Shown here piece by piece: positions 20,933 to 32,349 of a stretch of 64,000 bases of DNA. Every line of letters begins with the position of its first letter. The first letter of the stretch is position 1. A program made the translations under genes and the position numbers. The notes below the pieces were generated by a model. It saw only the letters and a program-made list of their open reading frames with translations. It ran no database searches and was not told the origin of the DNA. Source of the stretch: Candidatus Moanibacter sp. (GTDB taxonomy: Bacteria; Verrucomicrobiota; Verrucomicrobiia; Opitutales; UBA2987); the NCBI GenBank assembly GCA_965215885.1, contig CBDCEW010000084.1:12361-76360 (forward strand), written 5' to 3'.

Positions 20933-22855
20933 TCACTTGCCGAACCGTTTCTCAAGGTCGGTCCGTGATATTTCGAACAATGTGGGGTATCCATGCGGAT
21001 CAGTTAAAGGATTATCGCATTTCAGGAGATCCCTCGCCAGCGCCCTCATTTCTTCTTTCGTGGGTGCAGGTGAGACCCGTGCCGCAAGAGAAGCGGCCCT
21101 TCGCGCAATCTCCTCATAAGCGATATCGGATCGATCGGGGTGAAGTCCGCGCTCGCGAATAAGGCCGATTAGGTCGCGTAAAAAGTCCTCTCCCTGAGCG
21201 GGGTCGAGCCAATCCGGTAGCGCTTCCACTCGAAAGAAATTTCGCCCGAACGGTTCGATGTCGAAACCTTTGCTTTCGAGAAATTGCGCATGCTCGACCA
21301 GTGTTGCGGCAAGCCGGGGATCCAGTTCCAGGGGAATAGGAAACAACAGCTTCTGCCGATTACTCTGCACACCTTTGAGACGTTCCAGGATGTTCTCAAA
21401 GAAGATGCGTTCCAATGCCCCACGCCTGTGCAGGAGAAGAATTCCAGCCCCCGTCTCAAATATCGCATAGGCCTCGTGGGCAACTCCAAGATAACGCCAA
21501 TCCGGCCCACCGGCAAGAGAAGGCGGCCGTAATGCACTCCGAGCCCGCCCCGTTACTTCCCCGGATAAGGGCGCTCGGGGCTCTTCCCTCCGAGGTGGAT
21601 ATGCCACAATCTCTTCGCCTTTGCGACTTTCCGTTTGCGCCGCTGAAGGAGGTTTATGGATCAATCCTTTGGTCAAGGGAGAAAACACGGGAACAGGAGG
21701 GGATGACGGATTCGTTTCCGCAAAAGTCGGGCTCCCCGAGGCTTCGCGAAGCCGTTCAAGCACACTGCTGATTATGAAATGCCGGACTTTGCCTTCCTCG
21801 CGGAATCGAATCTCCCTCTTGGCGGGATGCACATTAACGTCCAAACCCCCTGGATCTGACCGTAAGAACAGAAAACAGAGAGGATAGCGTCCTTTGGGGA
21901 CGTATGTATGATAAGCTTCTATTAGGGCAAAATTGATCGTCTTACTATCGACTGGTCTCACATTTACATAGGTGACCATTTCCTGGCGAGTGGACCGCCC
22001 TACACCCGGTTTCCCTATCAGTCCCCTGAGACTGAAGTCCCCCTCTTCAGCATTAATTTCAATCAGGTCTCTTGTCACCTGTTGCCCAAATATCTCCGAA
22101 ATCCGGTCTCTTAACCGAGTGCACACGGGAGACATGAAAACGGTGCGTCCATTTTCCAGTAGCGTGAAGGAGGTCGAGGGGTTGGCGACCGCGTAGAGGC
22201 GAGCCAGGTGAATGATGTGAGCAGCTTCCGTGTTATCGGTCTTTAGGAACTTTCGCCGCACCGGCACCGAATTAAACAGATGTGCCACTTCTATGCTTGT
22301 ACCGGTCGGCATACCGCACTCTTTGCTGTGTATATACTTGCCACCGTTTACCAGGACCTCGGTCCCATGGTCGAACCCCTCGCTACGCGAACGCAGGGTG
22401 AATCGGGATACACTGGCCACCGAGGACAATGCTTCTCCCCGGAAACCAAATGTAGAGATCGCGGCAAGATCGCTTGCTTCTCTAATCTTGCTCGTCGCGT
22501 GGCGCTCCAGTGCCATCAGTCCGTCGTCGGGACTCATGCCACAGCCGTTGTCATCTACCCTCATGTAACTCTTCCCACCATTTCGAAATTCGATTTCGAT
22601 GCGCGTGGCTCCCGCATCGAGACTATTTTCGACCAGTTCCTTGATTACCGCCACGGGACGTTCGATAACTTCGCCGGCCGCTATCTGGTTAGCGACTCGA
22701 TCCGGTAAGATGCGAATCGTCGAAAGGCTGTCTGCAGCGACTCGGGAGCCCGTCGCCTCTTGTTCTTCGAATCCTCTTGGCGAAGGTTTGACGTTGAAGG
22801 CAGCCGACCCTCGTTTTCGCGGAGCTTTTTCAGAAGTATTAGATTTTACCGGCAT
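20933..22855 (-). CDS. mutL: DNA mismatch repair endonuclease MutL
   Basis: Motifs QIAAGEVIERP, HATSKI, GFRGEAL and DVNVHPAK. Confidence 0.96.
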   Translation of the reverse strand: MPVKSNTSEKAPRKRGSAAFNVKPSPRGFEEQEATGSRVAADSLSTIRILPDRVANQIAAGEVIERPVAVIKELVENSLDAGATRIEIEFRNGGKSYMRVDDNGCGMSPDDGLMALERHATSKIREASDLAAISTFGFRGEALSSVASVSRFTLRSRSEGFDHGTEVLVNGGKYIHSKECGMPTGTSIEVAHLFNSVPVRRKFLKTDNTEAAHIIHLARLYAVANPSTSFTLLENGRTVFMSPVCTRLRDRISEIFGQQVTRDLIEINAEEGDFSLRGLIGKPGVGRSTRQEMVTYVNVRPVDSKTINFALIEAYHTYVPKGRYPLCFLFLRSDPGGLDVNVHPAKREIRFREEGKVRHFIISSVLERLREASGSPTFAETNPSSPPVPVFSPLTKGLIHKPPSAAQTESRKGEEIVAYPPRREEPRAPLSGEVTGRARSALRPPSLAGGPDWRYLGVAHEAYAIFETGAGILLLHRRGALERIFFENILERLKGVQSNRQKLLFPIPLELDPRLAATLVEHAQFLESKGFDIEPFGRNFFRVEALPDWLDPAQGEDFLRDLIGLIRERGLHPDRSDIAYEEIARRAASLAARVSPAPTKEEMRALARDLLKCDNPLTDPHGYPTLFEISRTDLEKRFGK

Positions 22856-23016
22856 CGATTCGTTTTAAGTAGAATACTTTTCGATCTATCTGTCATGAAA
22901 ATTCGATAATTCCCCGTCGTGCGGTAGCACTGCTCTTGCATTATGGATCTGTCTGAACAGAATATACTCCGAATCCGTGCATCCGCATTCTTAATTCCCG
23001 AAATTTCTCATTTCCG

Positions 23017-25020
23017 ATGGCGAACCGACTGGCCCAAGAGAAGAGTCTTTATCTGCGACAGCACGCAGAGAATCCTGTCGATTGGAACCCGTGGGGAGAA
23101 GAAGCTCTGCAAAAAGCCGCCGCGGAGGATAAGCCCATACTCGTTTCTATCGGATACAGCTCCTGCCATTGGTGCCATGTCATGGCGCACGAGTCTTTCG
23201 AGAGCGAATACACGGCAAAACTCATGAATGAGCATTTTGTCTGTATAAAAGTCGACCGTGAAGAGCGGCCTGATATCGACCAGATCTATATGGAAGCCGT
23301 TCAGATGCTCAATGGCAACGGGGGTTGGCCCTTGAACGTATTCTGCTTGCCTGATGGTAGGCCTTTTGCCGGGGGGACCTATTTCCCGCCCGAAGATCGT
23401 GGGCAGGGTTTGATTCCTTGGCCACAATTGATCGTTCGAATTTCCGATCATTATAAACAAAACAAGGACGACTTATTGGAGAATGCCGATGCCATTATAA
23501 AGAATCTCGCTGCGGGAAACGTACTCGCGCAAGACCCCGCTAAGAAGCTGGAGAACGAACAGCTGCTCGAAGCCGCCCATCGCCTCTGTCAACAGCACGA
23601 TGACGAATTCGGCGGTTTCGGAAACGCCCCGAAGTTTCCCCCTTCGATGACCTTGAGTTTCCTCCTGGAAGTGAGAAACAGCGCTGCCGTCGATGAGCGA
23701 AATCCTGATTTTGCAGGCCGCATCGATGGAGTCGTCAACACCACCCTCATGGGAATGGCCCACGGTGGGATGTTCGACCAGATTGGGGGTGGATTCGCCC
23801 GCTACAGCGTCGATAAATACTGGCTCATCCCACACTTCGAGAAAATGCTATACGATAACGCCCAACTTATCGAGATCTATACCAAGGGTTGGCTTCGCTA
23901 CCGGAACCCGCTTTATCGGTTGGTCGTTATTGAGACTATCGATTGGCTGGTGCGTGATATGCTCGCTCCCAATGACGGCTACTATTCTTCTCTCGATGCC
24001 GACAGCGAAGGGGTGGAAGGTAAGTTCTATGTTTGGCGAATTGGGGAAGTTAAGGAGATTCTCGGAGGCGAAAACGCTGACGAATTTTGTAACGCCTACT
24101 CTATTACGGAAAAGGGAAATTTTGAAAATGGCACATCGAATCCAGCTCTCTCGCTCACCGATATCAATCAGAGGGAGGCCCTGAAACCCCAGCGGGAAAA
24201 GATGCTGGCCGCTCGCAACGAACGGATCCCTCCCAGCAAGGATTCCAAGCAACTCACTTCCTGGAATAGTCTACTTATAAAAGGATTGGCCGAGGCCGGC
24301 TTCTACCTTGGGAAAAGGAGTTGGCTGGAGGCGGCTCGGAGTGCGGCGGATTGGATATGGCAGGAACTTCGGTGCGGCGAGAACCGCCTCCAGGCCGTCT
24401 TCTACGGTGATGAAGCGCGATTCAACGGATACCTGAGCGACTACGCGTATTACGCCGAGGCCCTCCTCTCTCTCGCCGCCAAGATCGACTGGATCGAACC
24501 TCTTGCCAGCGCTCGCTATATCGATCGAGCCCGGACCATCGTAGACGCTGTTATCGAACATTTCGAGGATGTCGATTCTCCGGGGTTTTATTTCGTCAGT
24601 GACGATCACGAATGTCTCGTCGCTCGAAAGAAGGAGTGGTTCGACAATGCTATCCCCGCAGGAAACTCCAGCCTCATCCACTGTTTCGGGTGCCTCTACG
24701 CTCTCACTGCTGATGAGAAGTATCGCCGCCCTTTCGACGAACTGCGGCAGGCTTATCCGGTCCTGGCCGAACGCGCGCCATCCGCTATTTCTCACGCTCT
24801 CGCCGGATTTGCAAGCGACGCCATAGGCACAGTTGTCATCAAAATCAAGGGAGTGGATGATCTCGATCCCCTACAACGGGCGTTGAGTGAAAAACCGTGG
24901 AGGAGGGTTTATTTGCTCGTGATCGAAGATCCGGTTCAACCTCCCGGTTACCAACTCTGTGTCGGCACCCAATGCCTCGAACCCACCGAGGACTCGGACG
25001 AACTTATAAGCAGAATATAG
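23017..25020 (+). CDS. thioredoxin-domain protein (YyaL/DUF255 family)
   Basis: Motifs [22 protein letters not shown] and [11 protein letters not shown]. Confidence 0.93.
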   Translation: MANRLAQEKSLYLRQHAENPVDWNPWGEEALQKAAAEDKPILVSIGYSSCHWCHVMAHESFESEYTAKLMNEHFVCIKVDREERPDIDQIYMEAVQMLNGNGGWPLNVFCLPDGRPFAGGTYFPPEDRGQGLIPWPQLIVRISDHYKQNKDDLLENADAIIKNLAAGNVLAQDPAKKLENEQLLEAAHRLCQQHDDEFGGFGNAPKFPPSMTLSFLLEVRNSAAVDERNPDFAGRIDGVVNTTLMGMAHGGMFDQIGGGFARYSVDKYWLIPHFEKMLYDNAQLIEIYTKGWLRYRNPLYRLVVIETIDWLVRDMLAPNDGYYSSLDADSEGVEGKFYVWRIGEVKEILGGENADEFCNAYSITEKGNFENGTSNPALSLTDINQREALKPQREKMLAARNERIPPSKDSKQLTSWNSLLIKGLAEAGFYLGKRSWLEAARSAADWIWQELRCGENRLQAVFYGDEARFNGYLSDYAYYAEALLSLAAKIDWIEPLASARYIDRARTIVDAVIEHFEDVDSPGFYFVSDDHECLVARKKEWFDNAIPAGNSSLIHCFGCLYALTADEKYRRPFDELRQAYPVLAERAPSAISHALAGFASDAIGTVVIKIKGVDDLDPLQRALSEKPWRRVYLLVIEDPVQPPGYQLCVGTQCLEPTEDSDELISRI

Positions 25021-25089
25021 CTTCGGCGGCGCTCCGGTGCCAGGATTTCTTCCCCTGCCCGTTCATCCCCCCCCATTGTTCCTGAGATC

Positions 25090-25130
25090 GGGTCTATGTT
25101 CGTATTTCGGCGAAATACGAACATAGACCC
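25090..25130. repeat. perfect palindrome, 20-bp arms with a 1-nt spacer
   Basis: GGGTCTATGTTCGTATTTCG G CGAAATACGAACATAGACCC. Confidence 0.85.
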
Positions 25131-25349
25131 AGTGATCAGTCTGGAATTGCCAAGATTCATTTTTTTTACCCTACGGAAGCCTATCGAAATTCCGTGGTAC
25201 CAAAGTCCGGCAGATTCAATGCGAAAAAAGGGTTGATCGAGGTATATTGGGGCTATAAGAATCTCTCCTCTTTCCCACCTATGGGCATAGGGCATGTTGG
25301 GGAAGCTTCACGACAAAAATTGCTCAAAAATTAAAACAAGGAAAATGAG

Positions 25350-25790
25350 ATGGCTAAGATTATTCCAATGATAAGCTCAGGAACCGCAGGCCCGTTGGGC
25401 GTCCGTCACCTTCCCAGACTATGGTTGAAGGTGTCGCTCGATATTACCGGTCAACTGCACGACGACTATCCTGCCATCGGTGCCGGATTTGACCAGATGG
25501 TCCTCGACGGTATCGGCATCGATAAAGATGCATTCGTCGCTTACATGAATGAAAATAAACCCTCCTATTGCCAACTGGAAGGCTGGATTCTGGAGCAGAA
25601 AGGGGGTTCGCTCGATGCGGCAGCAGTCAGCGAGTTAAACGCAGCCATCACAGGCTACATTCATGATGACGGCACCCGCGCCGAGATTCTCGGTGTCGCG
25701 GGCCGTAGTGATGATGGTTCGGTAAAGGATGCCGTCAAACTCAACAGCCTCGATGATTGGGCCGCGTTTCATAAGGAAAACATAGCCTGA
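25350..25790 (+). CDS. DUF5069-like protein
   Basis: AGPLGVRHLPRLWLK...LNSLDDWAAFH; RBS AAGGA upstream and a terminator downstream. Confidence 0.75.
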   Translation: MAKIIPMISSGTAGPLGVRHLPRLWLKVSLDITGQLHDDYPAIGAGFDQMVLDGIGIDKDAFVAYMNENKPSYCQLEGWILEQKGGSLDAAAVSELNAAITGYIHDDGTRAEILGVAGRSDDGSVKDAVKLNSLDDWAAFHKENIA

Positions 25791-25813
25791 GATTTGGATC
25801 TGGAAGTGACTTT

Positions 25814-25849
25814 AACCCGGTTTCCTCCCTTGGGAAACCGGGTTTTTTT
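25814..25849 (+). terminator. intrinsic terminator
   Basis: AACCCGGTTTCC / GGAAACCGGGTT stem followed by a T-run. Confidence 0.85.
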
Positions 25850-26058
25850 CGCCGCCGCAGGGTCCATCCGGGGCTGTCCGCTCCAGATTCCTGAATACGC
25901 ATAAATCCGTGTAAGCCGAAGCGGTGAAACAAGTGGGCTAATGATGTTGGAGCACCAAGAGAATACCGAGCTATACTTGCGTATCTAATCACAATTCTAT
26001 TCCGTTATAAGAGTAAGACCAGACCTGGGAGCCTTATAGTTCCTGGAATCAAAAAAAT

Positions 26059-26092
26059 GAATCTGTCGGACCCTAAGTCTGACAGGTTCCTA
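26059..26092. mobile_element. internally deleted MITE (ends only)
   Basis: GAATCTGTCGGAC CCTAA GTCTGACAGGTTCCTA, matching the ends of the 98-bp MITEs. Confidence 0.6.
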
Positions 26093-26102
26093 AGGGGATA
26101 TA

Positions 26103-27953
26103 TTGGCAGTGAGATATCGAGAAATCCACTCGGCTTACAGTTGGCGGCTTAAGAACGACCCGGAGGCCCTGTGGCCGCTCATATCAGATACTAATCGTTT
26201 TAACCAGGATGCGGGTCTTCCGTCCATGATCACCGACGGAATGGATCCCGAAGAACCCAACGTGCGGCTCATGCATCAACGATATTGCGGACTAACGATA
26301 CGCTGGCGAGAGTTTCCCTTCGACTGGATAAGACCCAATCGCTTCGGAGTAGCGAGGAAATATCTCAATGGTCCTATAGAAAGCCTTCGCATGCTGGCAT
26401 ACTTGGAGCCGATACCGTCCGGCGGCACCCACTTTCAATATGATGTGTGGATCCTGCCGAGAAACATTCTCGGATGGCTAATGACAATGCTGTATTCAGG
26501 CCTCATCAACCGAAGAAACTTCGAACGCATCTTTCTCCGTTACGACAATCTGTTAACGGATGAGAGAGGTAAGTTTCCCCTTCCCATCACCTCATCCAAA
26601 GCAGTCTCGAGAAGGCAATCCCGTCGCATCCTTGAAATTGGGAATACATTGGAAGGGATCCAGGGACTGCCCTCCCATCTGGTAAGGCGTTTAACCGACT
26701 TGGTTGCCAAGGCCGATGACTTTACCCTGATCCGCATCCGCCCCTACGCGATAGCAGACGTCTGGAATGCTTCTCGCTCCATCATTCTTGAGCTCTTCCT
26801 TCACGCAACTCGTCAGGGACTGCTCAAGTTCAGTTGGGAAGTCCTCTGCCCCTTGTGCCGCGGGGCAAAAGAAAAAGCAAGCCGCCTCGAAGTGCTGAAA
26901 ACCGATGTCCATTGTGACTCCTGCAATATCAGCTTTCGAGCGAATTTTGACCAATCGGTTGAACTGGTCTTTTCTCCCAATCCCGCCGTACGCAATCTCG
27001 AATTTCATGAATTCTGTGTCGGAGGCCCTCAGGTTACTCCACATATCATTGCGAAGAAAACGGTTGGAAGCGGAGAGTCCTACCTGTGGCAACTCCAAAT
27101 TGAACCGGGTCGATACCGGCTCCGAGTCGAACAAAAGTTGGGCGGGTTGCTCATAGGCGCCAGCAGCCAGGGTCAGGCCTCTATCGAGATCGTCCACTCT
27201 TCCGATCCGTGGCCTGAAGGGGAAGTTACCCTGCATCCCACCTGTGAGATTACTCTCCGTAATTCCACCGAATTTAACGAACTCTTCCTCCTTGAAAGGA
27301 TGGTTTGGATGGATGACGCCGTGACTGCGGCCGAAGTAACGGCCAGGCAGACTTTCCGCGATCTTTTTTCGAGTGACGCGCTGCGCCAGGGAGAACAGAT
27401 ATCGGTGGGCACGCTGACGCTTGCCTTCACCGATCTGAGAGGTTCAACTCGCCTCTATGAAGATATCGGAGACGCTCCTGCCTTCGGCCTCGTGATGAGC
27501 CACTTTGATGTCCTCAAGGCATGCGTTCGAAAATACGAAGGCGCCCTAATAAAGACGATGGGCGACGCTATTATGGCCGCATTTATCGAACCGGTTAACG
27601 CTCTAAAGGCTCTCCTCGAAGCCCAACGGAAACTCGCCCAAGAATCCGGCCACCGTCGTCCCCTTGCTCTTAAAGTGGGTATCAACACCGGCCCGTGCAT
27701 AGCCATCACGCAGGACGAACGGCTCGACTACTTTGGGACAACGGTTAACCTTACCGCAAGGCTTGAATGCCTGTCACAGGGTGACGACATCGTCGTTTCG
27801 GCATCCTTTGCCAAGGACCCGGCGATCGAAAGCTACCTGCAAGAGAACAAGGAGAAATTTCACATTGAACGCGACTCTTCACGGGTAAAGGGTATAACAG
27901 GCGGCCCCGTCGCTTTTCTCCGAATAAAGCAACCTTTACCGACAGGTTGCTAG
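26103..27953 (+). CDS. class III adenylate/guanylate cyclase with SRPBCC-like and DUF5939-like domains
   Basis: Catalytic motifs FTDLRGST, KTMGDA and DYFGTTVNLTARLE; CPLC/CDSC Zn-like motifs; N-terminal LWPLISDTNRFN. Confidence 0.88.
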   Translation: MAVRYREIHSAYSWRLKNDPEALWPLISDTNRFNQDAGLPSMITDGMDPEEPNVRLMHQRYCGLTIRWREFPFDWIRPNRFGVARKYLNGPIESLRMLAYLEPIPSGGTHFQYDVWILPRNILGWLMTMLYSGLINRRNFERIFLRYDNLLTDERGKFPLPITSSKAVSRRQSRRILEIGNTLEGIQGLPSHLVRRLTDLVAKADDFTLIRIRPYAIADVWNASRSIILELFLHATRQGLLKFSWEVLCPLCRGAKEKASRLEVLKTDVHCDSCNISFRANFDQSVELVFSPNPAVRNLEFHEFCVGGPQVTPHIIAKKTVGSGESYLWQLQIEPGRYRLRVEQKLGGLLIGASSQGQASIEIVHSSDPWPEGEVTLHPTCEITLRNSTEFNELFLLERMVWMDDAVTAAEVTARQTFRDLFSSDALRQGEQISVGTLTLAFTDLRGSTRLYEDIGDAPAFGLVMSHFDVLKACVRKYEGALIKTMGDAIMAAFIEPVNALKALLEAQRKLAQESGHRRPLALKVGINTGPCIAITQDERLDYFGTTVNLTARLECLSQGDDIVVSASFAKDPAIESYLQENKEKFHIERDSSRVKGITGGPVAFLRIKQPLPTGC

Positions 27954-27956
27954 TCC

Positions 27957-29357
27957 CTACTTCAACAATCGGCGCCACCGCGCGATCTGTTTACGCACTT
28001 CACGGGGCCCGGGCATTCCGGTTTGCTCACGCTTTTTAAGAGACTGCGTCGCGTCAAAGACCGACTTCCAATCGCTCCCCAGTTTCTTGTGCATCTCCCG
28101 AACCATTCCATCGTCGAGTTCGGTAAGCGCCACGCCGCGCTCTTCCGCCAGCGCGACAAGACGACCCACGCATTGATGGGCCTCCCTGAATGACACCTTC
28201 CGCTCAACGAGATAATCGACGAGGTCGGTAGCGAGCAGATTCGGATCGGAAACCGCCGCTCTGCAGTTATCCTCATTAAACAAAATCTCTTTCACCACGG
28301 CTGCGAGAACATCAAGACACGATAATGTCTGATCGAAGGAGTCAAAGACGGGAGGTTTATCCTCCTGCAGGTCCCGGTTGTAAGTGAGGGGCAGCCCCTT
28401 CACGAGCGAGAGTAGCGTTTGAAGATTTCCCTGGAGTCGTGCTGCCTTGCCCCGGATCAATTCAAGCGAATCGGGATTCTTCTTCTGTGGCATGATGCTC
28501 GAGCCTGTGGAAAATGCATCAGGCAGGACGATGAATCCAAACTCGTCGCTGCTCCACAGTATGAGATCTTCCGCAACCCGGGATAAATGGGTTCCACAGA
28601 GCGCGCAGGCGCTCGCGAACTCGATATAAAGGTCTCGGTCGGCCACGGCGTCCATGCTGTTTCGGGTCAGCTGCGGACGACCTTTTCTGTCAACAAAGCC
28701 CAATTCCACGGCCAGAAATTCCCTATCGATCGGCAAGGTTGTTCCAGCGAGGGCGCCGGACCCAAGCGGACAGACGTTTGCATTATCACGAACAGCAGAA
28801 AACCGTTCGCGATCACGCTGAAACATCTCGACATAGGCCAGGAGATGGTGCGCCGCGGATACCGGCTGCGCCCTCTGTAAATGCGTGTAGCCAGGAAGTG
28901 GGAGTCCCCGATATTTGTCCGCCTGGTCGATAAGGCCACCGAGGAGCGCTCGCAGCGCCTCCACCAATTCCGCACAACTCCACCTAAAAAACAGCCGCAT
29001 ATCGGTCACGACCTGGTCGTTACGGCTTCTCCCCGCGTGCAGTTTCGCCGCTGCCGGAACGCGACGCGTGAGGGCAAACTCAATATTCATATGAATGTCT
29101 TCCAGTTCCGCCTTCCATCGGAAGCGTCCGCTCTCAATCTGCACCAGGATAGCATCCAGCCCGCGATGAATCGCAGTGCGCTCCTTTGCCGTCAAAAGGC
29201 CGACCCTGCACAACATGGAGGCATGTGCTCTGCTCACCGCTACGTCGAAACAGGCAAGTCGCGCATCAAAGGAAATCGACTCACCAAACCCTACCATAAG
29301 CGAGTCCGCTCGACCCTTAAATCGCCCGCCCCATATCGCTTGCTTACTCTTCGGCAT
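27957..29357 (-). CDS. argH: argininosuccinate lyase
   Basis: Motifs [22 protein letters not shown] and [12 protein letters not shown]. Confidence 0.97.
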   Translation of the reverse strand: MPKSKQAIWGGRFKGRADSLMVGFGESISFDARLACFDVAVSRAHASMLCRVGLLTAKERTAIHRGLDAILVQIESGRFRWKAELEDIHMNIEFALTRRVPAAAKLHAGRSRNDQVVTDMRLFFRWSCAELVEALRALLGGLIDQADKYRGLPLPGYTHLQRAQPVSAAHHLLAYVEMFQRDRERFSAVRDNANVCPLGSGALAGTTLPIDREFLAVELGFVDRKGRPQLTRNSMDAVADRDLYIEFASACALCGTHLSRVAEDLILWSSDEFGFIVLPDAFSTGSSIMPQKKNPDSLELIRGKAARLQGNLQTLLSLVKGLPLTYNRDLQEDKPPVFDSFDQTLSCLDVLAAVVKEILFNEDNCRAAVSDPNLLATDLVDYLVERKVSFREAHQCVGRLVALAEERGVALTELDDGMVREMHKKLGSDWKSVFDATQSLKKREQTGMPGPREVRKQIARWRRLLK

Positions 29358-29423
29358 TTGGCCGCACAATCACATCCTTCTATTTTGAAGGCAAGCACTT
29401 TGGGCGTTAGAGAAGCGGGCTAG

Positions 29424-31318
29424 CAGGGTAAAAGGATTCCAGGAAGCAACTAGCTGATAAGCAAGAAGATAAAAAAAGAGCTAAACAAACCCGAGGGAAT
29501 CAGTCATGTTAAGATGGGATGAAAGACAAAAAATCTTACCAACTGAATCCTTCGATAGATCGTTTAACTCTGCGTCTGGTCCTGCCCGAAGAGCAGGAGC
29601 GATTCAATGATCTATTGAAACAACATCATTATTTACACAGTGCGGGCAGCGCAGGAGAGACCCTGCGCTATGTGGCGCAGATCGACGGGCAATGGATGGG
29701 CCTGCTCTTGTGGGGGGCCGCATCCTACCGGCTGAAGGATCGAGACGAATGGATCGGGTGGGACGGGGCGCAACGGCATGCACGATTGAAACTGGTAGTA
29801 CAGAACCGGCGTTTTCTGATTTTGCCCGGGGTGGATCTTGCAAATTTGGCCTCCAAGACGTTGGGTATGTGCCTGAGAGTCTTAGCCGATCACTGGCAGG
29901 AGGCTTTTGGCTATCGTCCCTTAGTAGCGGAAACGTTCGTGGACCCACAGATTCACCGGGGCACTTGCTACGAAGCGAGCGGGTGGACGCCCTTGGGCTT
30001 GAGCGCGGGATATGGCCGCCAACGCGAAGATTTCTATCAACGCCATGAGCGTCCCAAGCAGATCTGGGTCAAACCCCTCAAGGCTAATGCCCTTGAGCTT
30101 TTGCGCGCTTCAGGGCCATTGCCCGCGGCACAGAGCCAGGCGCTCAATGAAACCGATAACTCCCATGCGGTCTGCCTCAAAGTGGAACAGATGAGCAGCC
30201 TGTGGGAACGCTTCAATCAGATAGAAGACTTCCGTCGTAAAGCGGGCCTTAGATATCGGCTCGCCACGGTCCTGAGCATGATTGTGCTCGGCACGATGTG
30301 CGGCAAACAGACCCTCAAGGGCATCGTGCGCCTGGCCCATCATCTCAATCAAGCCCAATTGCGCGCCTTACGCTCCTGGAAAAACCCCAAAACAGGCCGC
30401 TATAAGGCCCCTTGCTATGATGTCTTCTATCGGGTCTTGCAAAACGTAAAGGCCGAGCTCTTCGATAAAACCCTCACCGAATTCATCTGCTTACAAGACG
30501 GCTGTTTGCCCCGCGATATTGCCGTCGACGGCAAGACCCTCAAAGGCACAAACACCGAAGAATCAAAGGCTCTGCACCTGGTGGCCGCAGTCGATCACCA
30601 AAGCGCTCAAACCTTAGCCCAAGTCGCTACCGCCGATAAATCCAACGCGATCACCGCCGCCCAGACTCTCTTGCGAAAGATGCCCATTTTGGACGGCTCC
30701 ACCTTCACCTTCGACGCCATGCATAATCAAAAAGAAACTGCCCACATCGTCGTCGAAGAACTCAGTGCTGACTATGTTATTCAAATTAAAGACAATCAGC
30801 CCAACATGCATCAATACGCTCAGAATCTCTTCAGCTCCACCCCCTTTTTCTCCACCAAACCGTGGACAATGACCATGGGCGACTCGAAATACGTCAAATA
30901 GCAACCCATTCTCTAAGCGCTCCCTCTGCCGGCCTGCCCCATGCCCGCCAGTTCGCCTGTGTGCAACGCACCTTCCATTATCCAAACAAAGCTGAACCTT
31001 CCTCTGAACGCTCTTACTACGTAAGCAGTCTCGATCCCGCCGATTTGAGCCCTCAACAGTTCCTCTCGAAAATTCGCAACCATTGGTCGATCGAAAATAA
31101 AAATCATTACCCCAAGGGATCGCTTCTTCGATGAAGATCGATGTATGATCCGTAATCATAACGCAGCCAGAATTCTTGCTGCATGCAGGCAACTGGTTCT
31201 CAGCCTCAAGTCTTCCATGGGCGCTGAATCCACTCCCGCACTCTGTGATGATTTCGTCTTTAACTTACATAAGGCCATCAATATCATCACCTAATGCTCC
31301 GAGAATCAAAATACCGTG
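29424..31318 (+). mobile_element. ISAs1-family element with N-terminal DUF4338 domain
   Basis: Imperfect inverted ends CAGGGTAAAAGGATTC / CACGGTATTTTGATTC (11/16). No flanking direct repeat. The right end abuts duplication copy B. Confidence 0.8.
29519..31294 (+). pseudogene. DUF4338-ISAs1 transposase in three frames
   Basis: DUF4338 part (HHYL, RDEWIGW, NRRFLILP, ETFVD, GTCY..SGW) and DDE part (AVDGKTLKG, DAMHNQ, HGRLE, HWSIEN, FDED). Frame changes at CCCCCTTTTT (30840-30849) and at about 31111. Confidence 0.85.
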
Positions 31319-31555
31319 GGAGTGTTGGTTCTGACTGACGCATACTATCCTCTTTGGAAAGGTCAACTGGATGGCAAACCTACCCGGGTGTATCCAGTCA
31401 ACCACCTATTCAGAGGGCTTCTTTTACCTGCAGGTGAACATGATGTGGTATTCAAGGTTGACAGGCCGGTTTTTCTTATTGGCATCATCATTTCACTATT
31501 GTCCTTAGCATTTCTTATCGGAATAGGATTTTATGGCAAAAAATCCTCTCAATAA
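31319..31555 (+). pseudogene. duplicated 3' end of the YfhO-like gene
   Basis: Same peptide as 2752..2988, cut at the ISAs1 end. Confidence 0.85.
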
Positions 31556-31749
31556 GAAAGCGGAAGTTAAGCGAACGGGTTGAACGACACTCATAAAAAG
31601 CTGACTCCCTTCAGCCCGCCGCCGTTCCGCCGCGCGATACCTTTATCGGCTTGGATAAAACAAGCCGGCAACGGTAAATAGAGATCTCAATATCAGATTT
31701 ATGGAACGCTCAAACAAGAGTGTTCCGTATCCCGAGAGGAGGCGGGGTA

Positions 31750-32349
31750 TCAGATGAGCTCTTCGATTCGTGCGCGAAGCTCGGAGTGGTCGGTTGTGAC
31801 GGGAAAGTCGGGATATTCCGTCTGCATCCTGTCCGGAGGACAAAAGAGAATACTATGGTCAGCGGCTTGGAGCATGCTCAGGTCGTTGTAAGAATCTCCC
31901 GCGGCGATGACCTCGAAGTTCAACTTTTGAAAAGCGATGACTGCATTTCGTTTCTGATCCTGTTGCCGCAGCCGGTAGTCAACAATTCGGCCGCAATCAT
32001 CGATCACGAGATTGTGGCAGAAGAGGGTTGGATAACCCAGCTGCTTCATGAGGGGAGCGGCAAATTCCGCAAAGGTATCGGAGAGAACAACGAGTCGAGT
32101 TTCCGATATTAACCAACGGGTAAAATCCAGCGCGCCCGGGAGTGGCTCCAGTGAGCCGATGACCTCTTGTATCAGGTCGATTCCAATGTTGTGACGAGAG
32201 AGAATATCCAGCCGGAAACGCATCAACCTGTCATAATCGGGCTCATCGCGGGTGGTTCGCCTGAGTTCAGCAATACCGGTCTTTTCCGCGACCGCGATCC
32301 AGATTTCGGGAAGGAGGACGCCTTCCAGGTCCAGGCAAACCAGATGCAT
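31750..32349 (-). CDS. thrH: ThrH, second copy
   Basis: Identical to 1958..2557 except QEAIG to QEVIG. Confidence 0.92.
   Translation of the reverse strand: MHLVCLDLEGVLLPEIWIAVAEKTGIAELRRTTRDEPDYDRLMRFRLDILSRHNIGIDLIQEVIGSLEPLPGALDFTRWLISETRLVVLSDTFAEFAAPLMKQLGYPTLFCHNLVIDDCGRIVDYRLRQQDQKRNAVIAFQKLNFEVIAAGDSYNDLSMLQAADHSILFCPPDRMQTEYPDFPVTTDHSELRARIEELI

Noticed and set aside
29519..30150. Druantia defence system
   Set aside because: DUF4338 is fused within an ISAs1 transposase, and no DruE helicase or other dru genes are present.
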